Virus record (IMG/VR): IMGVR_UViG_2877274432_000013
Length of the DNA stretch: 48,880 nucleotides
Strand: one strand, 5' to 3'
From: a virus
Lineage: Duplodnaviria; Heunggongvirae; Uroviricota; Caudoviricetes
Shown here: one piece after another, positions 10,922-20,270 of the stretch
How positions within the stretch are numbered: position 1 is the stretch's first letter
Layout: the number at the start of each line of letters is the position of its first letter
Notes under the pieces: generated by a model
What the model was told of the DNA's origin: nothing
Databases searched by the model: none
Seen by the model: the letters and a program-made list of their open reading frames with translations, nothing else
Made by a program: the position numbers and the translations under genes

Positions 10922-12442
10922 ATGAGCATATGTATTAAACAATCAGCATTAAAAATATTATTGGCTTTATCAGCACTCCTAATAACTTGGTTGACTACCA
11001 GATACTTTCCAGTTGAACCGGATGTTGCTAACAGCCCAATTGTATGGAGGCATATTTTAGAGAATGGTATATCATCAATCCACGACTGGAAACCAACCGT
11101 GGATAATTGGTATTTCACCGTTTACCCAATTAACTTTTTATTTTATATGCTGTTAGGTGATGATGGCTTAGTAGCATTAAGATTATCAACTGCAGTTTTC
11201 TCTATTGCTATAGTAATAGCAGCGATGTTAACGCTACGTAAGGCATTCGGGTTTACCCCTGCTTTATTTTCTATTATACTTCTATCTCTAATACCATATT
11301 TTTCATACACTTATGGTTTTGTATCACATCCTTTTTCTCATAATTCAACAAACGCTTTCGGCTTTTTATGCTTGCTTATATCTGTTTTCAACATACAGTA
11401 TAAAAATATATTTATCACTCTCCTCTTAAGTTTGACAGCATTATTTTCCAGCGTATCCGATCCGTGGTTTACAGCTGCATTTTTTATTCCACTATTAATA
11501 TCTTACTTTTTATTCTCTGTATGGGATAAAAAATTATTTAAGCATACTGCATTAATACTATTTGCATGTTTAATCTCTCTTTCCAATGCATTGCAAAATC
11601 TACTTAACATACCTCCCCACCAATTTGAAATTGTATCACTCAATGATATGATTTTAAATGCAAAATGGTGCATTCTGTTAATAGGAAAAAGTCTTAATTT
11701 ATTAGTTGTCGACAATAACGCAACATCTTACGCCTCATTTGTCATTTGGTTCATTGCCATTATTACATCTGCGTGGTTTGTTTTATCGGACAATAAAAAA
11801 AACACATACCGTATTTATATTGTGTTATTTTCATTATTATCTATCGCAGGTATTGTCTCATCATTCATACTGAGCTATAAATCCCCTGATTATATTAGCA
11901 TGCGTTTCTTTATGAATGTTACCTGTTTCGCACTGATATTGTGCTGTATCGGTACATCAACAAAAGCAAAGATATTATTTTATCTAATCGCATTTTTATT
12001 TTCGATCAGTTCAATTAAATCTTACACAAATAATGCTTCACCATTACACGATCAGGAGAAGATTGTTAAATCATACATTGATTTTTTAAAAAAAAATAAT
12101 CTCCATTATGGGTACGGCTCTTTTTGGGATTTGTCAATGACTGTAAATTGGTTATCTGGTGGGGACATACAGATAACTCCTGTTTTCTTTAATGCTGATT
12201 CGGGGAAAATTAACTTTACTGGCGTGAGACAACAGACACTGGCTTCTTGGCATAGCAAGGAGGCGTTCAATTCTGCTCCTGAGCGACAGTTTATAGCAGT
12301 TTCCATAGCTAACGAACCTGAACGATGTAAAGAAATGACATCCTGCCTTGCAGGTATTCAAGAACAATTAGGTAAGCCTGACGAAGTTTTGAACTTTGAA
12401 GGAAGAGTAATATTAGTATTTAACAAAAAACTTAACCTATAG
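10922..12442 (+). CDS. serotype-specific O-antigen glucosyltransferase (third gtr gene)
   Basis: 506 aa polytopic membrane protein immediately after gtrB; length suggests a gtrI/gtrII-type enzyme but the type is not verified. Confidence 0.8.
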   Translation: MSICIKQSALKILLALSALLITWLTTRYFPVEPDVANSPIVWRHILENGISSIHDWKPTVDNWYFTVYPINFLFYMLLGDDGLVALRLSTAVFSIAIVIAAMLTLRKAFGFTPALFSIILLSLIPYFSYTYGFVSHPFSHNSTNAFGFLCLLISVFNIQYKNIFITLLLSLTALFSSVSDPWFTAAFFIPLLISYFLFSVWDKKLFKHTALILFACLISLSNALQNLLNIPPHQFEIVSLNDMILNAKWCILLIGKSLNLLVVDNNATSYASFVIWFIAIITSAWFVLSDNKKNTYRIYIVLFSLLSIAGIVSSFILSYKSPDYISMRFFMNVTCFALILCCIGTSTKAKILFYLIAFLFSISSIKSYTNNASPLHDQEKIVKSYIDFLKKNNLHYGYGSFWDLSMTVNWLSGGDIQITPVFFNADSGKINFTGVRQQTLASWHSKEAFNSAPERQFIAVSIANEPERCKEMTSCLAGIQEQLGKPDEVLNFEGRVILVFNKKLNL

Positions 12443-12483
12443 TAAATTGCCCCCTACCATATAAACCACACTAACGAATGAAT

Positions 12484-12505
12484 AACCCGTCTTTTTCGAC
12501 GGGTT
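12484..12505 (+). terminator. hairpin terminator after the gtr operon
   Basis: AACCCGTC-TTTTTCG-ACGGGTT stem-loop. Confidence 0.5.
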
Positions 12506-12675
12506 ATATCCCTATCAGGAATAAAAATGGAGTGGTTGCCGTATACAACAAACCCTCATTTAGAGCTATATTCTAGAGTATATGAGATACTATAAAGTTG
12601 AAGGAGCTATCATTAGAAAAACCATATGCTGCTATAATTAGATGTCTCGCTTTTCATCCAATAACGAATTTTCTC

Positions 12676-13083
12676 TTATAGATTGCTCTCTGGTTTTTTC
12701 GGCCACTCTGTATTTTTTATATCAACACGCATCAATAGTGCGCGATATTTTTTCCATGCCAGTAACAGTTTCGTTTCATCATCTGTTGCCATATCTAAAT
12801 CAACCGCATCCTGAAGCGGCGCTATTACATTCGTTGCCTCTGCTATCAGTGCAGATTTCTTTTCATTATTTATTAAGGCTAATTGTTCTGGTGTTGGAGA
12901 AGGACGGTCAACAATGACAGGGTGACCATTCTCACCACAGGTAATCATTTTTGTTACACTCTGCGAATTAATCAGTGTTTTCCACTCTGATTCCGAGATT
13001 TCCACTGCATCATCAGGAATATTGGTGCCGTGAAATTCAGTCGAATAAAATCCGTTTGTCGATGCAGAATAAAAATATGACAT
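12676..13083 (-). CDS. tail fibre assembly protein (Tfa)
   Basis: Internal start MSYFYSAS...; C-terminal ...LLAWKKYRALLMRVDIKNTEWPKKPE typical of Tfa chaperones. Confidence 0.7.
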   Translation of the reverse strand: MSYFYSASTNGFYSTEFHGTNIPDDAVEISESEWKTLINSQSVTKMITCGENGHPVIVDRPSPTPEQLALINNEKKSALIAEATNVIAPLQDAVDLDMATDDETKLLLAWKKYRALLMRVDIKNTEWPKKPESNL

Positions 13084-13087
13084 TTCG

Positions 13088-13786
13088 TTAATATCCCATT
13101 GCAATGTAATACGCATCAGCAGATGAACCATATCCTGAACCGGGCGACACTGTAATATCAAATCCAGTGTTATGGACATTTGTCGCCGATACAGTCGGCT
13201 GCCCTGACGCGCCAGTAACGTTCAATGTAACTGTGACAGCAAGGACTCTTGAGAATGTCATCGGGAACCTCATCCCGTATGTTGAAGATACATTAGGGGA
13301 GCCATTCAACTGACCGCACTGTAAAATTAATCCAGACGGAAATTTTTGCGCAGCAGCCGTTGCGGTATTACTTGACGCGAACAGGCTCATATCAGGTATC
13401 TGATTCGCCCCTGTACCTACATTCCTTTTAGCTGCTTCTCCCAAACCAAGGTTTTCGAGAGCCGTTTTCACCGTGCCATCCGATTTGATATCGCCAAACG
13501 GATTCTTGCGGCTCAGGTATTCAACAGCAAACCCCGATCCCAGCAATTCAACAAAACCGGGCAGATCACCATTATCAAGCACATCCCGTTGCGTTTTATC
13601 ACTTACAAACTGGGCCAGAGCTGCAGCAATAAAGCTGGCCTGCCGAATAACCTTATTGACTTGCGCACTGGATGCTTTCCCTGCTGTAAATCCGGATATA
13701 AGCGCAGGCAACGCTTCCCATTCCTCCTGCGACATAACATTGGCATTTCGATCAGTTGCAAACGCTTTAAAGTCATTTTTCGCCAT
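13088..13786 (-). CDS. tail fibre protein
   Basis: Start [33 protein letters not shown]...; ATG overlaps upstream stop. Confidence 0.7.
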   Translation of the reverse strand: MAKNDFKAFATDRNANVMSQEEWEALPALISGFTAGKASSAQVNKVIRQASFIAAALAQFVSDKTQRDVLDNGDLPGFVELLGSGFAVEYLSRKNPFGDIKSDGTVKTALENLGLGEAAKRNVGTGANQIPDMSLFASSNTATAAAQKFPSGLILQCGQLNGSPNVSSTYGMRFPMTFSRVLAVTVTLNVTGASGQPTVSATNVHNTGFDITVSPGSGYGSSADAYYIAMGY

Positions 13787-14466
13787 CAGAGTAATACTCC
13801 CCATGCCCCTACATCAAAACCACTGATGAATTCGTTATCCATATCAAAACCAAAAAATTTAGAGCCTTCAGATGGAGTTTCCACCGAAGGTGTTTCAATG
13901 CCCCCCGCCCATACCCCGGCGGCTTTTACTGTTAGATACCCCTGTTTAATTGCCGCAATTAACTCACGCGATACATCTGAAATATCAGTATCAGGAAAGA
14001 CCCAGACCGATATCGTCATGTCCTGGTTATCGACTATCTGCATTCGCAGCCCGGATCCTGCTGTTGCAGCGTCAAGAATTGCTGGAAGCGAATCATTCCG
14101 TCCGTCCCAGTTATTAATCGCAATCTTCGCTTTAAGGATGACACGATAAGTTTCATCGCTGAGGTACATGTATCCGGAATCAGGATCGTATGGCCCCTGC
14201 CATACACCCTGATCATATCCAAGCCCGTCGGTATCCCAGCTGAAATAGACACCTGAGATAGGCTGGCTGACAACACGGCTACGTCCGATCCACAATCCCA
14301 GAATGTCAAGTTGCACACCAACCGCAGAGTCAATATCAAATGCAGTAATCAGCCCTCTGGTGGCCGCCGCAACATCAATAAGCGGCCGGGTCATCAGATC
14401 AACATGTGCAAGAAATTTAGGTTTGGTGGCGTGGTAGTTCGTGATTAGTTCGGTATATTTGCTCAT
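13786..14466 (-). CDS. baseplate protein (Mu gp48 / e14 YmfQ-like)
   Basis: 226 aa [32 protein letters not shown]...; ATGA overlap with upstream gene. Confidence 0.6.
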   Translation of the reverse strand: MSKYTELITNYHATKPKFLAHVDLMTRPLIDVAAATRGLITAFDIDSAVGVQLDILGLWIGRSRVVSQPISGVYFSWDTDGLGYDQGVWQGPYDPDSGYMYLSDETYRVILKAKIAINNWDGRNDSLPAILDAATAGSGLRMQIVDNQDMTISVWVFPDTDISDVSRELIAAIKQGYLTVKAAGVWAGGIETPSVETPSEGSKFFGFDMDNEFISGFDVGAWGVLL

Positions 14467-15662
14467 GACTCCACCGTTATAACGATATTTTCCGGTGTAC
14501 AGGACGCAGATTCGTTGTATCTGATATCAATGTTTGATGACGACAAAGCCCCCGGGGATTTCCCAATCGTCAGTTCCTGAATATCGTAATAGCGTGCATT
14601 CCCGCCACTCACCACGCCAAGATTCGCCGGTGAGTAAATGCGACTTAAAAGGACCGAATCACCAATCATCAGACTATTGATATAGTCGGAAATAGCCTGC
14701 TGGATCTGCTGCCCTATCTGTGAGGTATAACCCGTAAAAACTTTTAATTTAATCCGGGCATAAACAGGCACATCACTAGAGCGCGAGAATTTGATTACAT
14801 GGGGATTGCCGTATTTATCCGGAACCGTAACGGATGTTGTACCGTGAGTGGCTGTCCCCTGGCCTTTATTCCCTCTGATAGCCTGAGCAATATCCGTCAC
14901 ATCACCGCCATCCACAATTACAGCAACAGAGTGTGGCGGTAACCCGTTACCGTCCTCCGAACCAGTATCGTTTTCATAGAGTTTGTGGCGGGTTACACCG
15001 GTAACATTAGAAACAGCACCATCCAGTGCTTCAAATGGGGTTATTGATGGCAACGCAACACTTTGCGACTGACGGATACGTAACTCCGCATCAGTTTCTG
15101 CCGGAGTGCCCACAGTGGCTGCAGCAGGGTTGGTTACCGAAACCCAGCCACGGGTTGGCGTATTAATTTCAGTGATAGTTCCAGCCAGCGCCGCCACTGC
15201 ACCACTGACGGAACATATTGCGGTCGCCATCACTGTACCATCCACGCCGACCACCACTGAAGCAGGCAAACGCCATATCACATTATTACTGTCTTTCACG
15301 CTGCCATTAATGATGGTTGTTCCGGCAGTTCCTGTAAGAAGCAAATCAACCGTAGAGTTCGTCGCGCCTTTACGTGAAATACCATTTATTTTCACGTTGC
15401 TGGTCAGTGCAGCCCCATAGCCGGTTGCCGGTGAAAAACAGTTGTAGACAGTTATCGCCATATTATTGGCATCATGAATCGCCAGCGCCATCAGAGCCAC
15501 CATCTGGCCGTCTTTGCTGTCCGGTTCGAGGTAGGCATCACTGCCATAAATCTGCTGAAAATAGCTAATCAGGGTGCTGAGTATCGTCTGATAATCAGGC
15601 GCACTGATCCCCTCTGCGGTTACCTTTGCAGATAAACCAAGAGAATCAAGGTTCAGAGCCAT
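14463..15662 (-). CDS. baseplate J-like protein (Mu gp47-like)
   Basis: 399 aa; position and size in a Mu-type baseplate operon; start overlaps upstream stop. Confidence 0.65.
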   Translation of the reverse strand: MALNLDSLGLSAKVTAEGISAPDYQTILSTLISYFQQIYGSDAYLEPDSKDGQMVALMALAIHDANNMAITVYNCFSPATGYGAALTSNVKINGISRKGATNSTVDLLLTGTAGTTIINGSVKDSNNVIWRLPASVVVGVDGTVMATAICSVSGAVAALAGTITEINTPTRGWVSVTNPAAATVGTPAETDAELRIRQSQSVALPSITPFEALDGAVSNVTGVTRHKLYENDTGSEDGNGLPPHSVAVIVDGGDVTDIAQAIRGNKGQGTATHGTTSVTVPDKYGNPHVIKFSRSSDVPVYARIKLKVFTGYTSQIGQQIQQAISDYINSLMIGDSVLLSRIYSPANLGVVSGGNARYYDIQELTIGKSPGALSSSNIDIRYNESASCTPENIVITVES

Positions 15663-16015
15663 TACGCCTCCGATGTAACAGTCGTTATTCCATAAAGAGT
15701 GTCGATTTCAGCGGAAAACATGACACGTCGGGTCGTGGTATCCACCGTCGTATTGAAAGAGAGGATTGATTTAACGCCCCGCGTTTCGAGGATGCGCTTA
15801 CGGATCGCCAGGTTGTAGGTTTCCGGCTTCTGCTTACCGAGTACGGACTGGATCCACGGAGTCCCTTCGGTGGTATCGAGAAACCATTGCCCATACCACA
15901 ATTCGAATCGCGTTTTTACCGCCTGCGCCACGGCCTCCGGTGAGTTAATCAGCCAGGTGTCATCGCCGCTGCCAAAGGTATAATCGCCATCGGCGTCTTC
16001 ACGTCTGTATCGCAT
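15662..16015 (-). CDS. baseplate protein (Mu gp46-like)
   Basis: 117 aa, coupled to flanking baseplate genes. Confidence 0.55.
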   Translation of the reverse strand: MRYRREDADGDYTFGSGDDTWLINSPEAVAQAVKTRFELWYGQWFLDTTEGTPWIQSVLGKQKPETYNLAIRKRILETRGVKSILSFNTTVDTTTRRVMFSAEIDTLYGITTVTSEA

Positions 16016-16770
16016 CAGTTAGGCGCTCCTGTGTTACCGCCGCCGGTCTGTACTCCGCCGTGCGTGTGCGTCATCAGGCTCTTGCCACCAGCTTTTACAT
16101 CGTTAGTCACCGTGACAGGGCCAAGCATCGTCGCGGTGCCGCCGCTTTCGCCCATCCCCTGAGAGAGATTCCCGTTTATTGTCACGTTGCCGTTTAGCGT
16201 GATGGTGGGTGATGTGATCGTGGTTCCTCCTTCTGCTGTCGCCGTCAACGCGCCGGGAGTTTTAACCGTGATATTATGGCCTGCGGTCACTTCCACAAAC
16301 GCAGCGCCATCATCAGTACGCAGTTGCGCGGCGCTGGTGCTGATTCCGCTGATTTTCTGCGCCTGAGACTGCGGACCGACGATACAGAACGCATCCGATA
16401 AATCATGCATTCTGTCATCGACCGGTTCCTGTATTCCGCCGCTCTGCCACCAGAAATCAATACAACGATCGGCAAAAACGACAAGACACTCATCCCCGGC
16501 TTTAATCGGAAACGTTAGCGTACATCCTCCGCCACGTGGGAATACCACTGGAACATCCACCAGCAATGGGTAATTTTTGGTAATGCGGTTGCCGTCATTA
16601 TCCTTTTCAACCGAACGGATAGCAGGCTGCACAACCGCCGTCACCGCATCAGGATCGAATGACTGAATAATGCCAGGCAAGGCGACTCGGATCTGGTTCT
16701 TTGTTGTTTCCCGTTCAGATTTGAATGTTTCAGCAAGGTCGCCGCTGCGGGTCTGGTCAGATACTGCCAT
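16015..16770 (-). CDS. baseplate spike / assembly protein V-like (Mu gp45-like)
   Basis: 251 aa with Gly/Thr-rich C-terminal repeats typical of spike proteins. Confidence 0.6.
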   Translation of the reverse strand: MAVSDQTRSGDLAETFKSERETTKNQIRVALPGIIQSFDPDAVTAVVQPAIRSVEKDNDGNRITKNYPLLVDVPVVFPRGGGCTLTFPIKAGDECLVVFADRCIDFWWQSGGIQEPVDDRMHDLSDAFCIVGPQSQAQKISGISTSAAQLRTDDGAAFVEVTAGHNITVKTPGALTATAEGGTTITSPTITLNGNVTINGNLSQGMGESGGTATMLGPVTVTNDVKAGGKSLMTHTHGGVQTGGGNTGAPN

Positions 16771-16791
16771 TTAGTAGGCTCCAGAAAGCAA

Positions 16792-16812
16792 AAAACCCGC
16801 CGGGTGGCGGGT
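16792..16812 (-). terminator. rho-independent terminator after the accessory cassette
   Basis: AACCCGCC-(loop)-GGCGGGTT 8-bp stem followed by a U-run on the minus-strand transcript. Confidence 0.5.
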
Positions 16813-17229
16813 TTATGAATCGTAGGTTTTCAATTTTTCGAGTTCATCAGGAGGAAGTTCTATGAAGGTTTCCTCTGCTAATTTTATCAGCCGGGGAAGC
16901 ATCGAATCAGCTTGCTGATGAGCGTTTGGGCTGATGATTGCCAATATCTGATAGTGTTCATCGATATAAAGATGCTGAGCATATACCAAAAAATTATCAC
17001 ATGTCCGTTCACTCAGAGATGCTTCTGGAGGCCAGGGTTTATCGCCAGGTAGCTTTAAGTGAATTTTCCTGATGTTGGCAGCCATCGCATCATAGTTACG
17101 TTCAAAACCGCCTAACGAACCAAAACACCAGAACTGGGAACCCTTTGAAATATAATCGGCAAGCATTTGAGCATACTTATGTGCTGCAGCTAAATGACGC
17201 AATTCTCCCGTGATACTGACTTTTGCCAT
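16813..17229 (-). CDS. YafO-like toxin family protein (putative)
   Basis: 138 aa; C-terminal half ...HLKLPGDKPWPPEASLSERTCDNFLVYAQHLYIDEHYQILAIISPNAHQQ...KLAEETF parallels the YafO motif as I recall it. Confidence 0.6.
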   Translation of the reverse strand: MAKVSITGELRHLAAAHKYAQMLADYISKGSQFWCFGSLGGFERNYDAMAANIRKIHLKLPGDKPWPPEASLSERTCDNFLVYAQHLYIDEHYQILAIISPNAHQQADSMLPRLIKLAEETFIELPPDELEKLKTYDS

Positions 17230-17230
17230 G

Positions 17231-17803
17231 TCACATCCATTTAGGGGCGTTGGCTCCCAGCATCTTATGCGATGTTGAGATCAGTTCAATAGCCTCTTCA
17301 CGGGTAACATTATCTGACAAGAGTTCAGCCTGGAAAGGCTGCGATTGCCTAACTTCAGCGGCCAACTGAGTTGCAGTGTTCTCGACGGCGGTCAACGCAC
17401 GAACATATTTGCGTTTTAATGGGCGCAACATTTGCAGATGGCCTTGCCACATAGGGGACCTTTCCGCTTCAGAGAACATATCCACTAAATGTCCTTTAGC
17501 ATTTCGGCATGCCTTGGCAAGACCTTCGAGATGGGATAAAAACTCTTCCGGAAGCTCATCAACAATGATTCTCCCATTTCGAAAAGCTTCGAGATGAGAC
17601 ATGCCTTCCTTCGCGGTATTTTCGATTTCTTGAGCGCGTGCAGCAATCGCGGTACAACGACGAAATACCTCTTCAGCATCTAATCGTTGTGGCAGTTCAC
17701 AAGCATTAGAGATCAGGGGTTTGAAAGCACCGTTAACAGCTTCCTGAACCTGATTCATTTGTTGTGTAATTGTTGCCAGCGCAAATGCGTAGCTAATCGC
17801 CAT
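17231..17803 (-). CDS. hypothetical protein, candidate partner of the YafO-like gene
   Basis: Track ORF begins at TTG (17809); ATG two codons in (MAISYAF...) with AGAGGG ribosome-binding site; stop 1 nt before the next start; no family recognised. Confidence 0.5.
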   Translation of the reverse strand: MAISYAFALATITQQMNQVQEAVNGAFKPLISNACELPQRLDAEEVFRRCTAIAARAQEIENTAKEGMSHLEAFRNGRIIVDELPEEFLSHLEGLAKACRNAKGHLVDMFSEAERSPMWQGHLQMLRPLKRKYVRALTAVENTATQLAAEVRQSQPFQAELLSDNVTREEAIELISTSHKMLGANAPKWM

Positions 17804-17971
17804 ACCCAATCCCTCTGTCGTTTTAAACGACTATACACCACTTATTCAAAGTTAGCTGAGCGCTAAAAGTTCGCAAAGTTTAGTGATCATGCAACCACCT
17901 AGCAAGCGATAAAAAATCATTATTTAGTGAATGTGAACAAACTCAACACTATGCAGAAATGTAACTTTTGG

Positions 17972-18313
17972 TTAACCATCAACCTTTTTACACGGGAAGG
18001 AGCCGATGATTTTCGGTGCATCCATGCTGTTCTGCAGAAGCTGGACGTTCAGGAAACGCGTTTCGGTACCAGGGCGACGAATGAACTCGAAACCGTAATT
18101 GTTACCGTCTTTGGCAGGCATAATCCCCATGTCTACTTTCAAACCATTGGTACCCAGTTCGGTGATTTTTTGAGAGGTAACTCTTTCACCGTTGATTGTC
18201 GATAACTCGCCCTGGTTTGCAACCATAGTGTAGCCACCGCATTTAACCGTGAAGCCATCCGCCCACACGCTGCACGCAGAAAAGACAGCTAACAGAAAAA
18301 TGATACCCCTCAT
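17972..18313 (-). CDS. secreted/periplasmic hypothetical protein
   Basis: 113 aa with signal peptide MRGIIFLLAVFSACSVWA|DG; coupled to the upstream baseplate hub gene. Confidence 0.55.
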   Translation of the reverse strand: MRGIIFLLAVFSACSVWADGFTVKCGGYTMVANQGELSTINGERVTSQKITELGTNGLKVDMGIMPAKDGNNYGFEFIRRPGTETRFLNVQLLQNSMDAPKIIGSFPCKKVDG

Positions 18314-18316
18314 TGC

Positions 18317-19378
18317 TCATCCCCTTTGCAAAGCCGATTGCGTATACAGATCCGCCGCGCCACGCGCTTCGCACATCATATCCATGTACCACGCCTGGCC
18401 CCTTGTGTCGCCAGTGTACATAATCCCGCGCACAATATAAACGCCATCCGTTGCGATGCTGGCAGGCTGTGATGTGGTGCCGCTGAGCGTAATATTTCCG
18501 TCCGTGTTCTGGTCGGTGATCTGCCCACCAGCCATAGCGATATCGTTGTTCGACAACACGGTGCGATATACGGAAGCCTGATCCAGCTGAATAAGCCCGT
18601 TAACCCGGATGTTCGGATTAATAAGAGCGCGGACGTTTACGCCGTTACCGATAGTCTGCTGCGGCATGCCGATAAGCCCGGTGGCGCTGTTGAGCACAAT
18701 CGCGTCGTGAACATACTCGTTATTCGCCACCATCTGGCGCTGACCGTCCACAAATTGCCATGTTGCGCCACATTGTCCGGCCACGTTATCCATAAGATGC
18801 CGTGTCATGCCGAACAGCACCCGCCCTCGAGGGTATACGGTAGCAGGCATTTCAGGCGTCAGTCCTTCGGTCGCGCCTTTGGCCTCAAAGTCTTTCATCA
18901 GCGCACGGTTCACATCTGCGACCGTGTAACCGGCAGCCAGCGTCTGTGAGGTTATACTGGTGGCAAATGCCAGATCAGTATCTGCTGCCTGAATCAGGAC
19001 GTAGGTATCAACCGGACTGTCTTTTCCTGTGACCGAGTAGCGAATTTCACCGCTGAAAATCAGTCCGTAGTTGCGGCCATCTCTCTGGCCCACGTCCGCC
19101 GCGTCAACTTCCCGCACTGTCCCTACGTCGCTTGCCGCCACCTCCGGCGCGATACCGTCGTAACCGGCAATCAGCCGCACTTTCGAAAACTCCTGCCCGG
19201 TAATTCGGTTCACAGTATCTGCCGAAAGGTTATAAATTTTGATAGTCCCTACCCGGGACGCGCTGCTGATGTTGAACCAGTCGATCGTAAAGGTGACTTT
19301 GAAATCACTTAGCTCAATTCCCTTACCGTTCCCGTCCACAAGCTGCAGCTCGAAATGTCTCATCCAGTTCTGTGACAT
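18317..19378 (-). CDS. baseplate hub protein (Mu gp44 / P-like)
   Basis: 353 aa; position between tape measure region and spike gene. Confidence 0.55.
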   Translation of the reverse strand: MSQNWMRHFELQLVDGNGKGIELSDFKVTFTIDWFNISSASRVGTIKIYNLSADTVNRITGQEFSKVRLIAGYDGIAPEVAASDVGTVREVDAADVGQRDGRNYGLIFSGEIRYSVTGKDSPVDTYVLIQAADTDLAFATSITSQTLAAGYTVADVNRALMKDFEAKGATEGLTPEMPATVYPRGRVLFGMTRHLMDNVAGQCGATWQFVDGQRQMVANNEYVHDAIVLNSATGLIGMPQQTIGNGVNVRALINPNIRVNGLIQLDQASVYRTVLSNNDIAMAGGQITDQNTDGNITLSGTTSQPASIATDGVYIVRGIMYTGDTRGQAWYMDMMCEARGAADLYTQSALQRG

Positions 19379-19380
19379 GC

Positions 19381-19683
19381 TTACTCCGTTGATACCAGTA
19401 AATGACTGCGCCCGCCCAGGTCAGTTTTCGTGGGATAATCCTGTGTGTTGTCATCGCAGACTACCAACAGCTTAAAACCAAGTCCCATACAGGCGTACTG
19501 CGCCAGCAGATCAGCGCCAGTGACGAGAGGAATACCGGAGATTACCGGCTCTCCTCTGTCGTTCTGCAGGTCCATAATCCAGTAAGGATCGCGCCATATG
19601 ATGCTAATCTGCCAAGTGACACCACCCAGGACGATGCTGAACTGCTGGTTGTCCGCTGTCAGCGGAATTTCCTGAATTGTCAT
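19381..19683 (-). CDS. hypothetical tail protein
   Basis: 100 aa ORF inside the tail operon. Confidence 0.4.
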   Translation of the reverse strand: MTIQEIPLTADNQQFSIVLGGVTWQISIIWRDPYWIMDLQNDRGEPVISGIPLVTGADLLAQYACMGLGFKLLVVCDDNTQDYPTKTDLGGRSHLLVSTE

Positions 19684-20270
19684 TAGCCGCCTCCCAGTAA
19701 TGACGCCACGTTACCCGTGATGCTTTTCAGCAGTGAAGTCTCTGGAGGCTTTGTGGTTTTGTTGCCGCTATTCTGTACCGCCGACGTGCTGGCCCCTTCC
19801 TTCATGTTGGTTTTATCCGCGACGGTAATCTGCTGCGTCCGGGAGATAAGGACCTCCCTCAGGGTGAGGACGGCGGACAGGACGTTTTCGGTTGTCTTGT
19901 CCGTCGTCACTTCCAGCGCCCGGATCAACATGTTGCTGTACAGTCGTTTACCGGTTACCACATCGAAGGGGATACGGCTTTCCTGCAGATCCAGTAGCTC
20001 CTGATACGTCTGCTGAGGACTCAGGCCGAGCAGGCTGGTAGCCGTCAGATTACTGGCAAAATCCAGCAATGCGCCGCCACCGGCGAAACCAACCTCCATC
20101 ACCACTTCTGACGGTTTTTTATAGGCATGATCAGCGACAGCGGCCCCGACCTCTACCGGATGCTCTGTTATTTCAAGCATATCTGTATGCTTCTCTGAAA
20201 TAACAACACTGGGAACAATCATTCCTATTTTTCTGCTCTGCTGATGAAAAAGTGTAGAGAGAATATCCAC
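19683..20270 (-). CDS. hypothetical tail protein (possibly DNA-circularisation N-like)
   Basis: 195 aa; GTG start overlapping the tape measure stop (TAGTG). Confidence 0.4.
   Translation of the reverse strand: MDILSTLFHQQSRKIGMIVPSVVISEKHTDMLEITEHPVEVGAAVADHAYKKPSEVVMEVGFAGGGALLDFASNLTATSLLGLSPQQTYQELLDLQESRIPFDVVTGKRLYSNMLIRALEVTTDKTTENVLSAVLTLREVLISRTQQITVADKTNMKEGASTSAVQNSGNKTTKPPETSLLKSITGNVASLLGGG

Noticed and set aside
12642..12917. 91-aa plus-strand ORF over the tail fibre assembly gene
   Set aside because: Antisense to Tfa, which has a recognisable conserved C-terminus.
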